A DNA stretch of 64,000 nt from Verrucomicrobiales bacterium (GCA_016793645.1 JAEUHD010000228.1:1232-65231); one strand, 5' to 3'; numbered from the stretch's first letter, positions 1-10,348 are shown. Translations and numbers: made by a program. Notes: generated from the letters alone by a model not told the origin.

Positions 1-848
1 CCTCCAGTCTCAAGCTGACGGCGACCGTCGTGGACGATGCCTATTCCGGGTTCCCCTTGTCCCTCGCGTGGACGCTGGTGTCCGGACCCGGGGTCGTCGA
101 CTTCACAGATCCCGCCCGCGACACGACGTACGTCAGTCTTCGCGAGCCCGGCCTCTACCATCTGCGCCTCACGGCGGACGATACCGAGTTCACCACGGCA
201 AAGGATCTCTTTCTGACCGTATCCGGAGCCGTATCCGCCGGCACCGAACTGGGTGCCGGCAGCAAGCTCGTCCTGTATCGATTCGGAACCACCGCCAGCG
301 AGACCGCCAATGCCCCGAACCTCGCCCTGGACGGAAACGCGGTGCCCGGAATCAGCGCCGGTTACTGGGGGGCTTCCGGCGGACGAGTGCTGCGAACCCG
401 TGACACAGGGGATCAGGCACGAGTGCTCCTGCCCGATCTTCTGGAAAGCAACACCGCCCCGACGCTGGTCGTCGAGGCCCGGATTCTCGCCCGGCAATTC
501 AAGGCGTATTCGGTGGGCGATCTCCCGGTCCTCTCCCTGCGCCAAAACTGGGATGCCAGCCTCGAAGTGGTCGATGGGAAGTGGAACTCCAGCCGGCGGC
601 CTTCGGTGAAGGCGGGCAATGCCGTCCTGCTGACCAGCACCCAATGGCTCAACCAGCTTCCCCTGAACACCTGGCTCAAGGTGAGGATGTCCTATGAGCC
701 CTCCTTCTCACTGGCCCGACTCTTTGTGAACGACATCCAGGTTGGTCAGGTACAGGTCACGCTCAACGCCTCGCGGACCAATGCCTTCAGTCTGGTGGTT
801 GGGAATTTCGACGGGGACGTCGACGAACTCGCAGTGTGGCGGCAGTAA
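1..848 (+). CDS. LamG / concanavalin-A-like lectin domain protein, 3' part (5' end upstream of window)
   Basis: The frame is open from nt 3 (SSLKLTATVVDDAYSG...), so the GTG at 30 in the ORF track is probably internal. An Ig/PKD-like stretch (LYHLRLTADDTEFTTAKDLFLTV) is followed by a LamG-type C-terminal motif, VVGNFDGDVDELAVWRQ. Stop at 846-848. Confidence 0.7.
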   Translation, partial: SSLKLTATVVDDAYSGFPLSLAWTLVSGPGVVDFTDPARDTTYVSLREPGLYHLRLTADDTEFTTAKDLFLTVSGAVSAGTELGAGSKLVLYRFGTTASETANAPNLALDGNAVPGISAGYWGASGGRVLRTRDTGDQARVLLPDLLESNTAPTLVVEARILARQFKAYSVGDLPVLSLRQNWDASLEVVDGKWNSSRRPSVKAGNAVLLTSTQWLNQLPLNTWLKVRMSYEPSFSLARLFVNDIQVGQVQVTLNASRTNAFSLVVGNFDGDVDELAVWRQ

Positions 849-932
849 AAAGGGGGGAGATCCCATCGGGAGCGTCGCCCGGACGCAACGCTCGGACTTG
901 CCTCCGACGCTGGAATTTACTTACTTATTTAA

Positions 933-2465
933 ATGCGTTCCCGAACCCGGCTCCCGTGGACTGCCCTGTTGCTGTTGGCCTCATTGCCGATCCGGTCTGT
1001 CTGCGGGGCCGCCGAGCCGCTTCAAGTGCGGACCAGCGTGACCCGGCTGACAACCGAGCAGCGCACTCGGTTCGTCCAGTGCGTCCTGTGGCTCAAGACT
1101 CATCCCTCCGCCTACGATCCGGGGAACTCGGGTCTCAACGCCTATGACTGGATGGTGCAGCTGCATAAGGCTGGCTTTGATGCCCACCTTTCCGGCGGTT
1201 CGGGGGTGCACATGGCGCCGTCGTTCTTTCCCTGGCACCGGGAGTACCTGCGCGCCTTCGAGCAGGAGCTGGGCCGCGCTGCGATGGCGCTGGGCTACGG
1301 GGAACCGGTCACCCTTCCGTACTGGGACTGGACGGATCCGGCTGCGGCCGACGTCGTGTTCCGGGAGGACTTCATGGGGGGCAATGGATCGGGTTCCTCG
1401 GGAGCATTTACCTCGGGCCCTCCGGCCACGCGCAGTTCCCCGTTTCGGGTGCGCACGGGTCCCTTTGCAACCCGCGATGACCGGACGACGGAGTTTGTGG
1501 TGAACACCAACTCGGCGGTCTCCGGGACCAGTCCACAGGGGCCGCCGCGGTCCTTCCTTCAACGGTCCATCGCCACCCACCGCATCTTTGGCGGTCCCAC
1601 CTCGGGGGGTGACCCGGCGCCGGTTCCCACCCCGGACCAGATCGCCCTCCTGCCCACGCCGGAGCAGATCCAGCACGGACTGGAGATGACCCTCTTCGAC
1701 ATGGCCGCCTGGGATTACACCGTGGAGACCAACCTGCCGTTCCTCGAGCGGACGACCTTTCGCAATTACATGGAAGGCCATACCGGATTGCTCAACGTGC
1801 TGTCCGGCGAACCGTTTGGGGACCAGATCCACGGACGCGTGCACCTTTGGATTGGCGGGAATATGAGTTCATCGAGTTCCCCGAACGACCCCCTCTTCTG
1901 GCTGCATCATGCCAACCTCGACCGGATCTGGGCGGAATGGCAGGACCGCCACGGGATCTTCAACTTCCCGTCCGAGTGGTATTATCTCGACGCCTCCTCC
2001 ACGGTCGTCCCGGTCTCCGCGGCGGATCCGCTGTGGGGATTCCGGGCGGGGACGGGTTATCCGCGGACGGTGACCTCGCTGGACACGCTGGAGATCCGTG
2101 CCAGCGGGACCCGATACGACACCCAGCAGGAAACCGGTCCGTCCACGGTCGTCGCGACCATCGGGGGTGGCGCGTCTCCGGTGAAGGACGTCACGGTGAG
2201 CGTCGCGAGTCTTCGGGGATTGCGCTACCAACTGCAGTCCGCGCCCAGTCCGTCCGGACCCTGGGTGGATGCGGGCACCCCTGTGGTTGCGGAATCCTCC
2301 GAAGTGCAGTTCTCCCGAGCAGTGGGTTCGGAGGAATTCCTCCGCGTTCTTGCCAGTGCGAACGGGACCCTGCCGTTGACGCTTCCCCAGTTGAAGGAAT
2401 CCCTGCTTCGAGCCGCCTCCGCGGGAAGCGATCCGGTCTGCGGATTCGTTCCCGGCCGTCCTTGA
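933..2465 (+). CDS. Secreted tyrosinase (type-3 copper protein) with C-terminal beta-sandwich-like extension
   Basis: ATG at 933. Signal-like N-terminus MRSRTRLPWTALLLLASLPIRSVCGAAEP. CuA region VHMAPSFFPWHREYLRAFEQEL. CuB region HGRVHLWIGG...NDPLFWLHHANLDRIWAEWQ. Confidence 0.85.
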   Translation: MRSRTRLPWTALLLLASLPIRSVCGAAEPLQVRTSVTRLTTEQRTRFVQCVLWLKTHPSAYDPGNSGLNAYDWMVQLHKAGFDAHLSGGSGVHMAPSFFPWHREYLRAFEQELGRAAMALGYGEPVTLPYWDWTDPAAADVVFREDFMGGNGSGSSGAFTSGPPATRSSPFRVRTGPFATRDDRTTEFVVNTNSAVSGTSPQGPPRSFLQRSIATHRIFGGPTSGGDPAPVPTPDQIALLPTPEQIQHGLEMTLFDMAAWDYTVETNLPFLERTTFRNYMEGHTGLLNVLSGEPFGDQIHGRVHLWIGGNMSSSSSPNDPLFWLHHANLDRIWAEWQDRHGIFNFPSEWYYLDASSTVVPVSAADPLWGFRAGTGYPRTVTSLDTLEIRASGTRYDTQQETGPSTVVATIGGGASPVKDVTVSVASLRGLRYQLQSAPSPSGPWVDAGTPVVAESSEVQFSRAVGSEEFLRVLASANGTLPLTLPQLKESLLRAASAGSDPVCGFVPGRP

Positions 2466-2692
2466 TTCCGTCGAGTCCAACGGCCACTTCGAATTGGGAA
2501 TTGAAGCGCCGAGGGATGAGATCCTCCCGGGGCGGGAGGGTCCTGTCCGGCCGGACTCCCACGCTCACAGGTCGGCGGAAAGTTTTGTTCCCTCCCGGGA
2601 CCGGGAATGGCTTGATCTTACCTACTGGCGCTGTCCGACGATGGAAACTCCCGGAACCGGGATGAATCCCGCGGGACGTCCTGCAGGCAACC

Positions 2693-5600
2693 ATGATGGG
2701 CAACAACACGTTTCTTCTGACCCCGGCGGCGGCCGCCTATCTGGGGCAGTTCGTGCTGTCGCTGATCTACTTCGCGGCGTTTCGACGTGCGCAGCGGGGT
2801 TCCAATGCCGATGCCGCGCTGCGTCGGACCCTGCAGGGATGCTTCATCTTCCTGGCGCTCTTCGCGGCGTCAGGATTCATGGAGACCGGATTCCTGAGGG
2901 GCTGGCGGGTCCTCGGCGCGTACCTGCGTCCCCCGCTGGGAATGTTGTGCGGCTGGATGCTGCTCCAGTTCGCCTATCGGTTCCTCAATCCCGAGGGACA
3001 CTTCCGAAGGACCTTCCGGGTCCTGCTGTTGATCTTCCTCATCTGTCTAACCTGGGAGTGCTGGACGCTTTCGTACCGTCTTTCCGAACTGCTCCTCCAC
3101 GATGTGGTGATCTGGAAGAGCGATCCCGAAAGCTTGAATTCGGTCGCCGTCCAGTTCCTTCCCCTGGTGATGGCCGGCCTGCGCTGGAGGGGCCTTTGGA
3201 AGGCCGAGGCGGTCTCGCGCGGAGGGAGGGCGGCCCTTTTCCACCCGGTACGCCGGGAACTCCGGGCCCTTCGCTTCATCACGCTCCTGCTGCTCACCCT
3301 CATGGGCTTCGCCCTGATCGAATCGGTGGAGCCGCTGGGCGTGCCTTATTGGTTCCGTCAATTTCTCACCGGCTTCGGCGTCCTGATCTGTTCCTACCTC
3401 CTCGGACACGTCTCGATGTCCGAGTCCAACCTCCGATTCAGCCTGGGTACCAAGATCCGGTGCATCATCGCCCTGGTGACCCTGATGGTGCTCATCCTGG
3501 TGGGGCTCTCCGGGTACTACGGCATGGTGGCGCAGCGTCAGTTTCAATCCGTGGACCGGACGACGCAGGCGACGCGATTCGGGGATCATCGATCCCTCCA
3601 TTGGACGCCCATGCCCGGCGGCTACCAACTGAACCATCCCCTGGCCGTATGGCGCTCGGAGGGCGTGCCGCAGCCGCAGATGGAGGAGACGCGGATCGCG
3701 ATCCCATTCGAGTTCCCCTTTGGCGGCGCCCGGCATCGGGAACTCGTGGTGAACAAGAACGGGCTGATCGCATTCGGGACCAATGATCTTCACTATCCGG
3801 ACTTCCTGTGGCGGTGTGATCCCGTTCCGGTGCTGGCACCGGGATACATCGATCTCAATCCCGACATTTCCCGCGGTGGACGCCTCCTCATCCACACCAA
3901 TTCCCGGACTGCGGTGATCACCTGGTCGGGGCTCAGCGCCTGGGAACACGATTCCTTCCGCCCGAGTTTCCAGGCGGTGCTCGAGAGCGATGGCTCGATC
4001 TGGTTCAACTACCGGGATCTGTCGGATCCGGATCACGATCTGGCCAATTCACGCCCGATTCTGGAGTTCATCGGTGTCCTCCAAGGGCCGAATGGGCCTC
4101 CCCCGATCCTCTTGGATACGACGTTGCCTCGGAATGCAGCGCCTCCCGCGGCGGCGGCCGGGTTCCTGATCGATCTCACCGCCGACTGGTGCCGCCAGTT
4201 TCTCTCCTTCAGCCTCGGGATGTCCGTCATGATCGTGGTGACGCCCCTGCTGCTGGCCTTCTCCGCGGAATGGATGCTGCGGCGGAGGATTCTGCGTCCG
4301 CTGGACCGCCTGGTCCTGGCGGTGGGTTCGATGAACGAGGGCCGTCCGGTGGCGGCGCTCCCGGTGAATTCCAATGACGAGATCGGTTACCTGACCGAGG
4401 GATTCAACCGGATGTCCGCCTCGGTCACCGCCGCGACGGAGGCGCTGAAGGGGCAGCGGGACCACCTGGAGGAGGAGGTGCGGATTCGAACCCGGACTCT
4501 AGAACAGGAACTGGTGGAGCGTCGCGAGGCGGAACGGCGGGCGGAGGCCGCCAGTCGCGCCAAGAGCGACTTCCTCAGCAACATGAGTCATGAACTTCGC
4601 ACCCCGTTGAGCGGGGTGATCGGCATGACCACCCTGCTGCTGGACACCCGGCTGGATGACGCCCAGCGGGAATACGCCACGACGGCCAACGAGGCGGCCA
4701 GCGCCCTGCTCAATGTGGTCGGGGACATCCTGGATTTCTCGAAGATCGAGGCGGGCCGGCTCCAGTTGAGTCCCACGTCGTTCCGGCCTGCGGATCTCCT
4801 CAAGGAAGTGGCGTCGATCCTCTCCGCGGCGGCGGAGGCGCGGCGATTGGAGACTCTCATCTCCGTGGATCCTTCCGTACCGGAGTCCGTCGTTGCCGAC
4901 ATGGGACGGGTGCGGCAGGTCATTCTCAACCTGATGGGAAACGCGGTGAAGTTCACGGAGGAGGGACATGTCCGGACCACCCTCTCCGCGGACCCGCTCC
5001 CCGGTGGACGGATCCGGTTGGTCTGGCGGGTTGTGGACACCGGAATGGGGATGCGTCCGGAGGTTGTCGCGCGTCTGTTTTCCGCATTCGAGCAGGAGGA
5101 CGCCTCGACATCACGGCGGTTCGGGGGCACGGGGCTGGGACTGGCCATCAGCCGGCGTCTCGCGACGCTGATGGACGGCAACGTCGAATGTGAAAGCCGG
5201 GTGGGCGAGGGGTCCACCTTCACCTTCACCATGACCGCGGAGGTGGAGCGTGGTCCCCTGACACCGCCGGATCTGTCCACCCTGCGGACCCGCATTGCGG
5301 TCATCGCCGGATCCGCCGTGTTGCGCGACCATTTGGTGGGTCCGCTGGCCGCCTGCCGTCTCCCGGCCGCGACCGCCTACGACTCGATCCAGTCCGCGAT
5401 TTCCGGGGTGGCTCCGGAGCCGCCCGGCTTTGACTGGGTTCTGGTGGATCGAGGGGTTCGCGACCCATTCCCACTTGCGGATCTCAAGGCCCTGCGCCGG
5501 GTTCCCGCGTTTGCCGCGGCCCGGATCCTGATCCTGACCCCGAAATCGACGGCGCTCCCGTCCGAGCTCCGGGAGGAACTCGGCATTCACGCGCGAATTT

Positions 5601-6130
5601 TCAAACCCTGGCTGTGTTCGGACCTCATCCAATGGATTGTGCAGGAGGAGGCACCTGGAAAATCCGGATCTCCTGGGGACCATGGCGAGTCCCCTGCGGT
5701 CGTTTCGTCCGGGTTGCCCCGCGTCCTGGTCGTCGACGACAACAAGATCAACCGCCGCCTCGCCCTCCTCCATTTGCAGCGTCTCCACGTGGAACCCGTC
5801 GCTGTGGCGAGCGGGGAGGAGGCGCTGGAGGCGCTCGCCCGGGAACACTTCCCCGTGTTGATGATGGACTGCCAGATGCCCGGCCTGGACGGTTACGAGA
5901 CCTCGCGCAGGATTCGGGGCGATCCCGACAGGTATGGACGGCCATACATCATCGCCTTCACCGCGGACGCAACCAGCGATCACGAGGAGCTGCGGCGGTC
6001 CGCCGGAATGGAGGACGCGCTGTCCAAGCCCTTCCGGTCCGCGGACCTCAAGGCGGTGCTCGGCCGCGCCAGTGATGCCCTCGAACTGCGGACGGGCGGC
6101 TTTCCGTGGAAGGATCCCTCTGGGACCTGA
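2693..6130 (+). CDS. Hybrid sensor histidine kinase / response regulator (multi-TM N-terminus, extracytoplasmic domain, HAMP, HisKA, HATPase_c, degenerate REC, REC)
   Basis: About 8 hydrophobic helices come first, then a ~215-aa loop, a further TM and a HAMP ([17 protein letters not shown]). H-box [16 protein letters not shown]. ATPase boxes [29 protein letters not shown]. Receiver [13 protein letters not shown]...[13 protein letters not shown]...SKPF. Confidence 0.9.
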   Translation: MMGNNTFLLTPAAAAYLGQFVLSLIYFAAFRRAQRGSNADAALRRTLQGCFIFLALFAASGFMETGFLRGWRVLGAYLRPPLGMLCGWMLLQFAYRFLNPEGHFRRTFRVLLLIFLICLTWECWTLSYRLSELLLHDVVIWKSDPESLNSVAVQFLPLVMAGLRWRGLWKAEAVSRGGRAALFHPVRRELRALRFITLLLLTLMGFALIESVEPLGVPYWFRQFLTGFGVLICSYLLGHVSMSESNLRFSLGTKIRCIIALVTLMVLILVGLSGYYGMVAQRQFQSVDRTTQATRFGDHRSLHWTPMPGGYQLNHPLAVWRSEGVPQPQMEETRIAIPFEFPFGGARHRELVVNKNGLIAFGTNDLHYPDFLWRCDPVPVLAPGYIDLNPDISRGGRLLIHTNSRTAVITWSGLSAWEHDSFRPSFQAVLESDGSIWFNYRDLSDPDHDLANSRPILEFIGVLQGPNGPPPILLDTTLPRNAAPPAAAAGFLIDLTADWCRQFLSFSLGMSVMIVVTPLLLAFSAEWMLRRRILRPLDRLVLAVGSMNEGRPVAALPVNSNDEIGYLTEGFNRMSASVTAATEALKGQRDHLEEEVRIRTRTLEQELVERREAERRAEAASRAKSDFLSNMSHELRTPLSGVIGMTTLLLDTRLDDAQREYATTANEAASALLNVVGDILDFSKIEAGRLQLSPTSFRPADLLKEVASILSAAAEARRLETLISVDPSVPESVVADMGRVRQVILNLMGNAVKFTEEGHVRTTLSADPLPGGRIRLVWRVVDTGMGMRPEVVARLFSAFEQEDASTSRRFGGTGLGLAISRRLATLMDGNVECESRVGEGSTFTFTMTAEVERGPLTPPDLSTLRTRIAVIAGSAVLRDHLVGPLAACRLPAATAYDSIQSAISGVAPEPPGFDWVLVDRGVRDPFPLADLKALRRVPAFAAARILILTPKSTALPSELREELGIHARIFKPWLCSDLIQWIVQEEAPGKSGSPGDHGESPAVVSSGLPRVLVVDDNKINRRLALLHLQRLHVEPVAVASGEEALEALAREHFPVLMMDCQMPGLDGYETSRRIRGDPDRYGRPYIIAFTADATSDHEELRRSAGMEDALSKPFRSADLKAVLGRASDALELRTGGFPWKDPSGT

Positions 6131-6190
6131 CCGGGATCGTTTTCCCAATGGTCAACCAGGGCCGATCCATTCCCCTCAACGTGCCATGCG

Positions 6191-6430
6191 ATGAGTGATG
6201 TGACCCATCTCCTCCAATCAGTAACGGCTGGGAATCCGTTGAAGGAGGAGGAACACATCCCTGTTCTGAATCACGGCGGGGTGCTGCCGCTGGCGGTCTG
6301 GGAACTGGATGCGTCCCCGCCTCCGAAGGTCAAATTCCAATTGGACATGCGGTTGAAGGGCGAGTTCCAGTCCCACGCCGGCGGTGACCTCCGTCGCGGT
6401 GGTGCTCGGATGGGCGGGCCCGACGGATGA
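6191..6430 (+). pseudogene. Possible decayed N-terminal fragment of an ECF-type sigma factor (very tentative)
   Basis: The first ~17 residues, MSDVTHLLQSVTAGNPL, resemble the typical PVC ECF sigma N-terminus (MSDVTxLLQxxxxGDP). A weak LPLxVxEL match follows. The remainder is not sigma-like and only 79 codons fit before the convergent NHL gene. The region has locally lower GC. Confidence 0.25.
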
Positions 6431-6513
6431 GGAAGTCCCGGGATCGCCGCTGAAAAATCGCGGACGCTCCTGACGGGCTGGCGTTGCCGGGACCAGACAG
6501 TGCTGATCCTGAT

Positions 6514-8715
6514 TCAGCGCGCCTGGAGCCGGAAGAAGGTCGTGGAGGGCGGCAGGGGGAGTTTCAGGACCCAGGTTCCGTCCTCGAGAGCCGCGGTTCC
6601 ACCCACGGGTTTCCAGGTGGGATTCGTGGCGAGGGCTTCGGCCTCCTCGACGACGCCCGAAGTTGAGCCGCCGCGCCAGGAGAGTCGGAGTTCCGAGCCG
6701 GAAGCGGTCGCCTCGAGGCGGGGCGTCGCAGCCTCCGAAATCGTCGCCCGCAGCACGACGTGGTTGCCGGAATCAGAGATCAACAGCCGGTCGTCGGCAT
6801 CCATGGCAACGTCATTGAGCCAGAAGAATCGCGCAGTATCCCCGGTCCCGAGGGCGAATCCCCAGGTCCCCGGGCTGCCGGCCACAGTGGTGACCTTCCC
6901 CTCGGGGTCGATCTGACGTACGCACCGGTTGCCCTGATCCGCGACGTAGAGGCGGCCCTTCGAATCGACGGTGATCCCGATGGGACTCGAGAATCGGGCC
7001 TCGCTTCCCTGGCCGTCCGCGTATCCGGCCGCGCCGGCCTTTCCGGCGACCGTGGTGACCTCGCCGTCGCTGCGGATTCGGCGGATGGTGGCATTTCCCG
7101 TGTCGGCCACGTAGAGGCTGCCGTCGGCCGCCAGACACAACCGACGCGGCTGACGAAAGAGCGCCTGATCGCGCGGACCATCCTGCGAACCCGCCGTTCC
7201 CGCGATGCCGGCCACCGTGGTGACCTCCCCTGCAGGGGTCACCCGGCGAATGCAGTGATTCCCCGAGTCCGCCACCAGCAATGTGCCGTCCCGATCCAGG
7301 AGGATTCCGTCCGGCTGGTTGAATCGGGCTTCGGATCCGAGTCCGTCCGCGGTCCCGCTGCGCCGGGGAGTACCCGCGAGGGTTGTGACCTGGCCCTCCA
7401 AGGTGCAGCGCCGCAGTGTATGCGCTCCCTTGTCGGTGACGTACACGAGGTGATCCGGAGCAACCACGACACCGGACGGAGACGAGAAGAGCGCTTCGGC
7501 CCCCGTGCCATCGGTGATGCCGGCCACGCCGGCGAGTCCCGCCACGGTGGTGACCGTTCCGTCCGCCCGGACGCGCCGGAGAAGGGAATTGCCGGTGTCT
7601 GCGATCCAGAGTTCCCCGGAGTCGCCCATGCCGACCCCATTGGGGCTGTTCAGCCGGGCTTCGATTCCAATCCCGTCCCGGCTGCCCACGGGAAGTCCGG
7701 CAACGGTGACCGTGGTTCCGTCCGGAAGGATCTTCCGCAGCGAGTTGTTCTCCGTGTCCGATACCCACAGCGCACCATCGGGCCCGAAGGCGACACCCCG
7801 GGGTCCGCGGAATCGTGCCAGCGAGGGGACGCCGTCCTCGCCCCCCGGGAGCTTGGGAACCCCCGCCCAGGTGGACACCTGCCCATCCGACCCCCGAACC
7901 CGGATGCACTCATTTCGGGTGTCGGAGATGTAGAGGCGTCCATCGGGACCCAGGGCCACATCCGTGGGATCGGCGTACCGTGGATTTGGAGTCCCGGGGA
8001 GTACACCGACCACGCCAGCGGGGGTGATTCGGCGGAGGAACCCGCCGCTCCAGTCCGCTGCGATCAGGTTTCCATCCGCATCGAACTCCAATCCTTCCGG
8101 GGCACTGCCGACATTGGCGGCAAACCGGCTGACTTCGCCCGTGAGGTCGAGACGTCGAATCTCCCGGTTCCCCTGGTCGGCGATGTAGAGGAAGCCGTCG
8201 GATCCCACGGCCAGTCCGCGGGGAAGATAGAAGCTCGACTGGAGCGCGGGACCATTCCCGTTTCCGCGGACGCCGGAGATTCCTGCGACCGTCGTGACCT
8301 CGCCGCTGACGGAAAGCTTCCGAATCGTATGGGCTCCCTCGTCGGCGATGAAAAGGTTGCCCACGGAGTCCAGCGCGAGGGCGCGGGGCGAATTCAACAG
8401 CGCCTGCGATGCCGGACCATCACGGTCCCCGTACTGATCCGGCATCCCCACGATCGTGGTCACCGTTCCGTCGGGATCCACGCGACGGACCGTCGGACTG
8501 GAATCCGCCACGTAGACACGGCCCGCGCCATCCACCGCCAAACCGGTGGGCCAGCGGAAGCGCGCTTCGGAGCCGGGGCCGTCGCGATGGGAGTAGCTGC
8601 CGCCTGCGCCGACGAACCCGGCCACCGTCCACGCCTCGCCCCGGGCGGGAATGGATTGAATCCCGGTGAGTGGAAGGACGGCCAGGAGCAGGACAGGATG
8701 TTTTGGGAACCGCAC
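6514..8715 (-). CDS. NHL-repeat beta-propeller protein (secreted)
   Basis: GTG start with signal-like RFPKHPVLLLAVLPLTGIQSIPARG. More than 10 repeats of the type G.A..A.F..P.G[VI]A.D..G.LY[VI]AD.GN..IR.[VI]. C-terminal FFRLQAR tail. Confidence 0.85.
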   Translation of the reverse strand: MRFPKHPVLLLAVLPLTGIQSIPARGEAWTVAGFVGAGGSYSHRDGPGSEARFRWPTGLAVDGAGRVYVADSSPTVRRVDPDGTVTTIVGMPDQYGDRDGPASQALLNSPRALALDSVGNLFIADEGAHTIRKLSVSGEVTTVAGISGVRGNGNGPALQSSFYLPRGLAVGSDGFLYIADQGNREIRRLDLTGEVSRFAANVGSAPEGLEFDADGNLIAADWSGGFLRRITPAGVVGVLPGTPNPRYADPTDVALGPDGRLYISDTRNECIRVRGSDGQVSTWAGVPKLPGGEDGVPSLARFRGPRGVAFGPDGALWVSDTENNSLRKILPDGTTVTVAGLPVGSRDGIGIEARLNSPNGVGMGDSGELWIADTGNSLLRRVRADGTVTTVAGLAGVAGITDGTGAEALFSSPSGVVVAPDHLVYVTDKGAHTLRRCTLEGQVTTLAGTPRRSGTADGLGSEARFNQPDGILLDRDGTLLVADSGNHCIRRVTPAGEVTTVAGIAGTAGSQDGPRDQALFRQPRRLCLAADGSLYVADTGNATIRRIRSDGEVTTVAGKAGAAGYADGQGSEARFSSPIGITVDSKGRLYVADQGNRCVRQIDPEGKVTTVAGSPGTWGFALGTGDTARFFWLNDVAMDADDRLLISDSGNHVVLRATISEAATPRLEATASGSELRLSWRGGSTSGVVEEAEALATNPTWKPVGGTAALEDGTWVLKLPLPPSTTFFRLQAR

Positions 8716-8767
8716 GGCCGGAGTCTAGCGACTCGAGGCCCTGGAAAAAAGGGCGTCGTGATGCGGG

Positions 8768-9469
8768 TCAGATCGACGGCGAACCTGCGAACGGGCGACT
8801 GGCCTCGGTTTCGATGCCGGCCGAGGCGAAGCGGGGAGCGGGCCAGTCCTCGGTGAGATACCGGTAAAGCCAGTTTCCGGATTCGCGCAGTCGCCGGAGG
8901 TTCCTGCGGATGTCGAGCAGCAGCGTGATCCGGCGGTTGGGACAATTCAGCTCGCCGACGTCGTGGGTGGCCACCACTTCGAAGCCGAGCACGCGGGTGT
9001 GAAACTCCAGCGGACTGTGCGTCTCGCCCTCGAACACGTCGGTGATGTAGTGCGTGAAACCCCGGTCCACCGTCTCCCCCAGCGCCGTGCGCATGAGCGC
9101 GGCCGAAACCAGGAGATTTCCCCGCTGCTGCGGGATCACCGCAAAGCGCCCGATCTCCGCGATCCGGTGGCGCCGGATGAACTCGTCGAGGTCGAGGTTT
9201 GGCACGACCAGCTTGAACCCGTAGGCGGCGTACAAATCGAGTGGTGGCGCGTACAGGATCCGCAGCACGCCGACCGGCTCCGTGCCGCGCAACGCCAGGA
9301 ACCAGGAGACCTCCGGGGCGCCCATCTCCGCCGGATCCACCAGCCGGTCGTCGTGGTTCAGCCAGTGTTTCTCGTCCCGATAGGTCGCCCGCATCACCGC
9401 CAGGGCACGCTGGCGGTCCGCCTCGTCGAGGAGGCGCACCACGCGGAGCTCAGGCAGGGGTGAAGGCAT
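8768..9469 (-). CDS. GNAT-like N-acyltransferase of the N-acyl amino acid synthase type (OlsB/FeeM-like)
   Basis: Internal ATG at 9469 (MPSPLPELRVVRLLDEADRQRAL...). The first 137 codons of the track ORF overlap the upstream gene and look non-coding. Motif HRIAEIGRFAVIPQQRGNLLVSAALMR. Overlaps the stop of the upstream PlsC-like gene by 20 nt. Confidence 0.6.
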   Translation of the reverse strand: MPSPLPELRVVRLLDEADRQRALAVMRATYRDEKHWLNHDDRLVDPAEMGAPEVSWFLALRGTEPVGVLRILYAPPLDLYAAYGFKLVVPNLDLDEFIRRHRIAEIGRFAVIPQQRGNLLVSAALMRTALGETVDRGFTHYITDVFEGETHSPLEFHTRVLGFEVVATHDVGELNCPNRRITLLLDIRRNLRRLRESGNWLYRYLTEDWPAPRFASAGIETEASRPFAGSPSI

Positions 9470-10256
9470 GTTTCGTCCGGCGCGCGTCAGGCTGCCATTC
9501 CTTCCCGCTGAGTGTCGAGATGGCGCCCATGATTTGAGCGTGAAGTGTGGACGCGTCCGAAGGGCGACCCGGCACTGCCAGGCCGGGCTGGATCGGCGGA
9601 CCCAACCGGACCCGGAACGGATCGGAGTCCGAAATGAATCGCGCCCGGTTTGCGGTGGGGAATCGCACCCCACCCGGCACCACCGAAACACCGGTTTCGA
9701 GCGCCAGTCGTGCGACGCCGGATTGTCCGCGAAGCAGGTGCCCCGGATCCCGATTGACCGTGGCCTCCGGAAAAATCCCCACGGAACGCCCGCCGCGCAG
9801 GCGGTGGCCCGCCTCCTCGAAAGGGAGACGCGTTCCCCGGAAACGATCCTTGAACCGATTGAGGAATCGGGGGCGGGCATCCTTGCGCACCACCACGATG
9901 GGATCGTGCCGGCGAATCACCGCGGCGAGCCCCGGGACGAGGAGGAAATTCCAATCCGCCAGGAAATGCACCATCCGGCCGCCGCGGTGAAAGCAGAGCC
10001 AGGCCGGGATCAGGACGGCCTCGGGACGCTGGCTGTGGTTCAGGGCGAGAACGAAAGGGTCCTGATCGGCCTGGATGTGTTCGAGTCCTTCAAATCCCAA
10101 CGCCCGCCGGTGGAACACCGTCAGGAGGATGCGGCACAGGTACCGGGTTCCGGCCTGTCCCTCGAGATGCGGCAGCGGACGCCGCCAAATCTCCCGCACC
10201 GAGGGCACACCCGGTCGGGCGGGCGCGGGAACAGGGTGGGAAGTCGGCGACTCCAT
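9450..10256 (-). CDS. Lysophospholipid/PlsC-family acyltransferase (OlsA-like)
   Basis: ATG at 10256. Acyltransferase blocks LALNHSQRPEAVL (HX4E variant of HX4D), GIFPEATVNRD and GVSVVPGGVRF. Confidence 0.75.
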   Translation of the reverse strand: MESPTSHPVPAPARPGVPSVREIWRRPLPHLEGQAGTRYLCRILLTVFHRRALGFEGLEHIQADQDPFVLALNHSQRPEAVLIPAWLCFHRGGRMVHFLADWNFLLVPGLAAVIRRHDPIVVVRKDARPRFLNRFKDRFRGTRLPFEEAGHRLRGGRSVGIFPEATVNRDPGHLLRGQSGVARLALETGVSVVPGGVRFPTANRARFISDSDPFRVRLGPPIQPGLAVPGRPSDASTLHAQIMGAISTLSGKEWQPDARRTKHAFTPA

Positions 10257-10348
10257 GGGACGTCACTTCTCGTTCGTCGGAGGCGGCGCTGGCAAGTCCG
10301 GACTGATTGCCCGGTCCAAAGGTGAGGCTGTACCCTGGGCCACCAATT

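Noticed and set aside
2521-2537. The CCTCCC-GGGGC-GGGAGG hairpin after the tyrosinase gene, considered as a terminator.
   Set aside because: The stem is short, no T-tract follows, and it lies 56 nt past the stop. The support is weak.
6428-6441. GAGGAAGTCCCGGG, which resembles the universally conserved GAGGAAAGUCCGG (P4) element of RNase P RNA, in a 384-bp non-coding gap.
   Set aside because: One A is missing. Only about 80 nt remain before the NHL coding region, so a ~350-400-nt RNase P RNA cannot fit downstream. I could not find the 3' ACAGAA.CCGGCUUA partner.
6760-8856. A 698-aa + strand ORF antisense to the NHL-repeat gene. Similar long antisense or alternative-frame ORFs include 22858..25965 (+), 57314..60388 (-, 1024 aa opposite mutS), 37697..39892 (+), 43356..45005 (-), 50674..52509 (+), 31572..32717 (-), 29101..30264 (-) and 12118..13443 (+).
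   Set aside because: Their products are Arg/Gly/Pro/His-rich low-complexity strings with no motifs, while the opposite strand or other frame carries clear domain signatures. Long stop-free antisense frames are expected in ~65% GC DNA.
9470-9880. The N-terminal 137 codons of track ORF 8768..9880, plus similar 5' extensions of 28182..28991, 28933..30894, 30555..32678, 42792..45356, 56309..60163, 62028..62924, 12241..18852 and 22852..26067.
   Set aside because: The extensions overlap well-supported upstream genes and have non-protein-like composition. In each case I verified an internal ATG that gives a sensible N-terminus (a signal peptide or the conserved family start).
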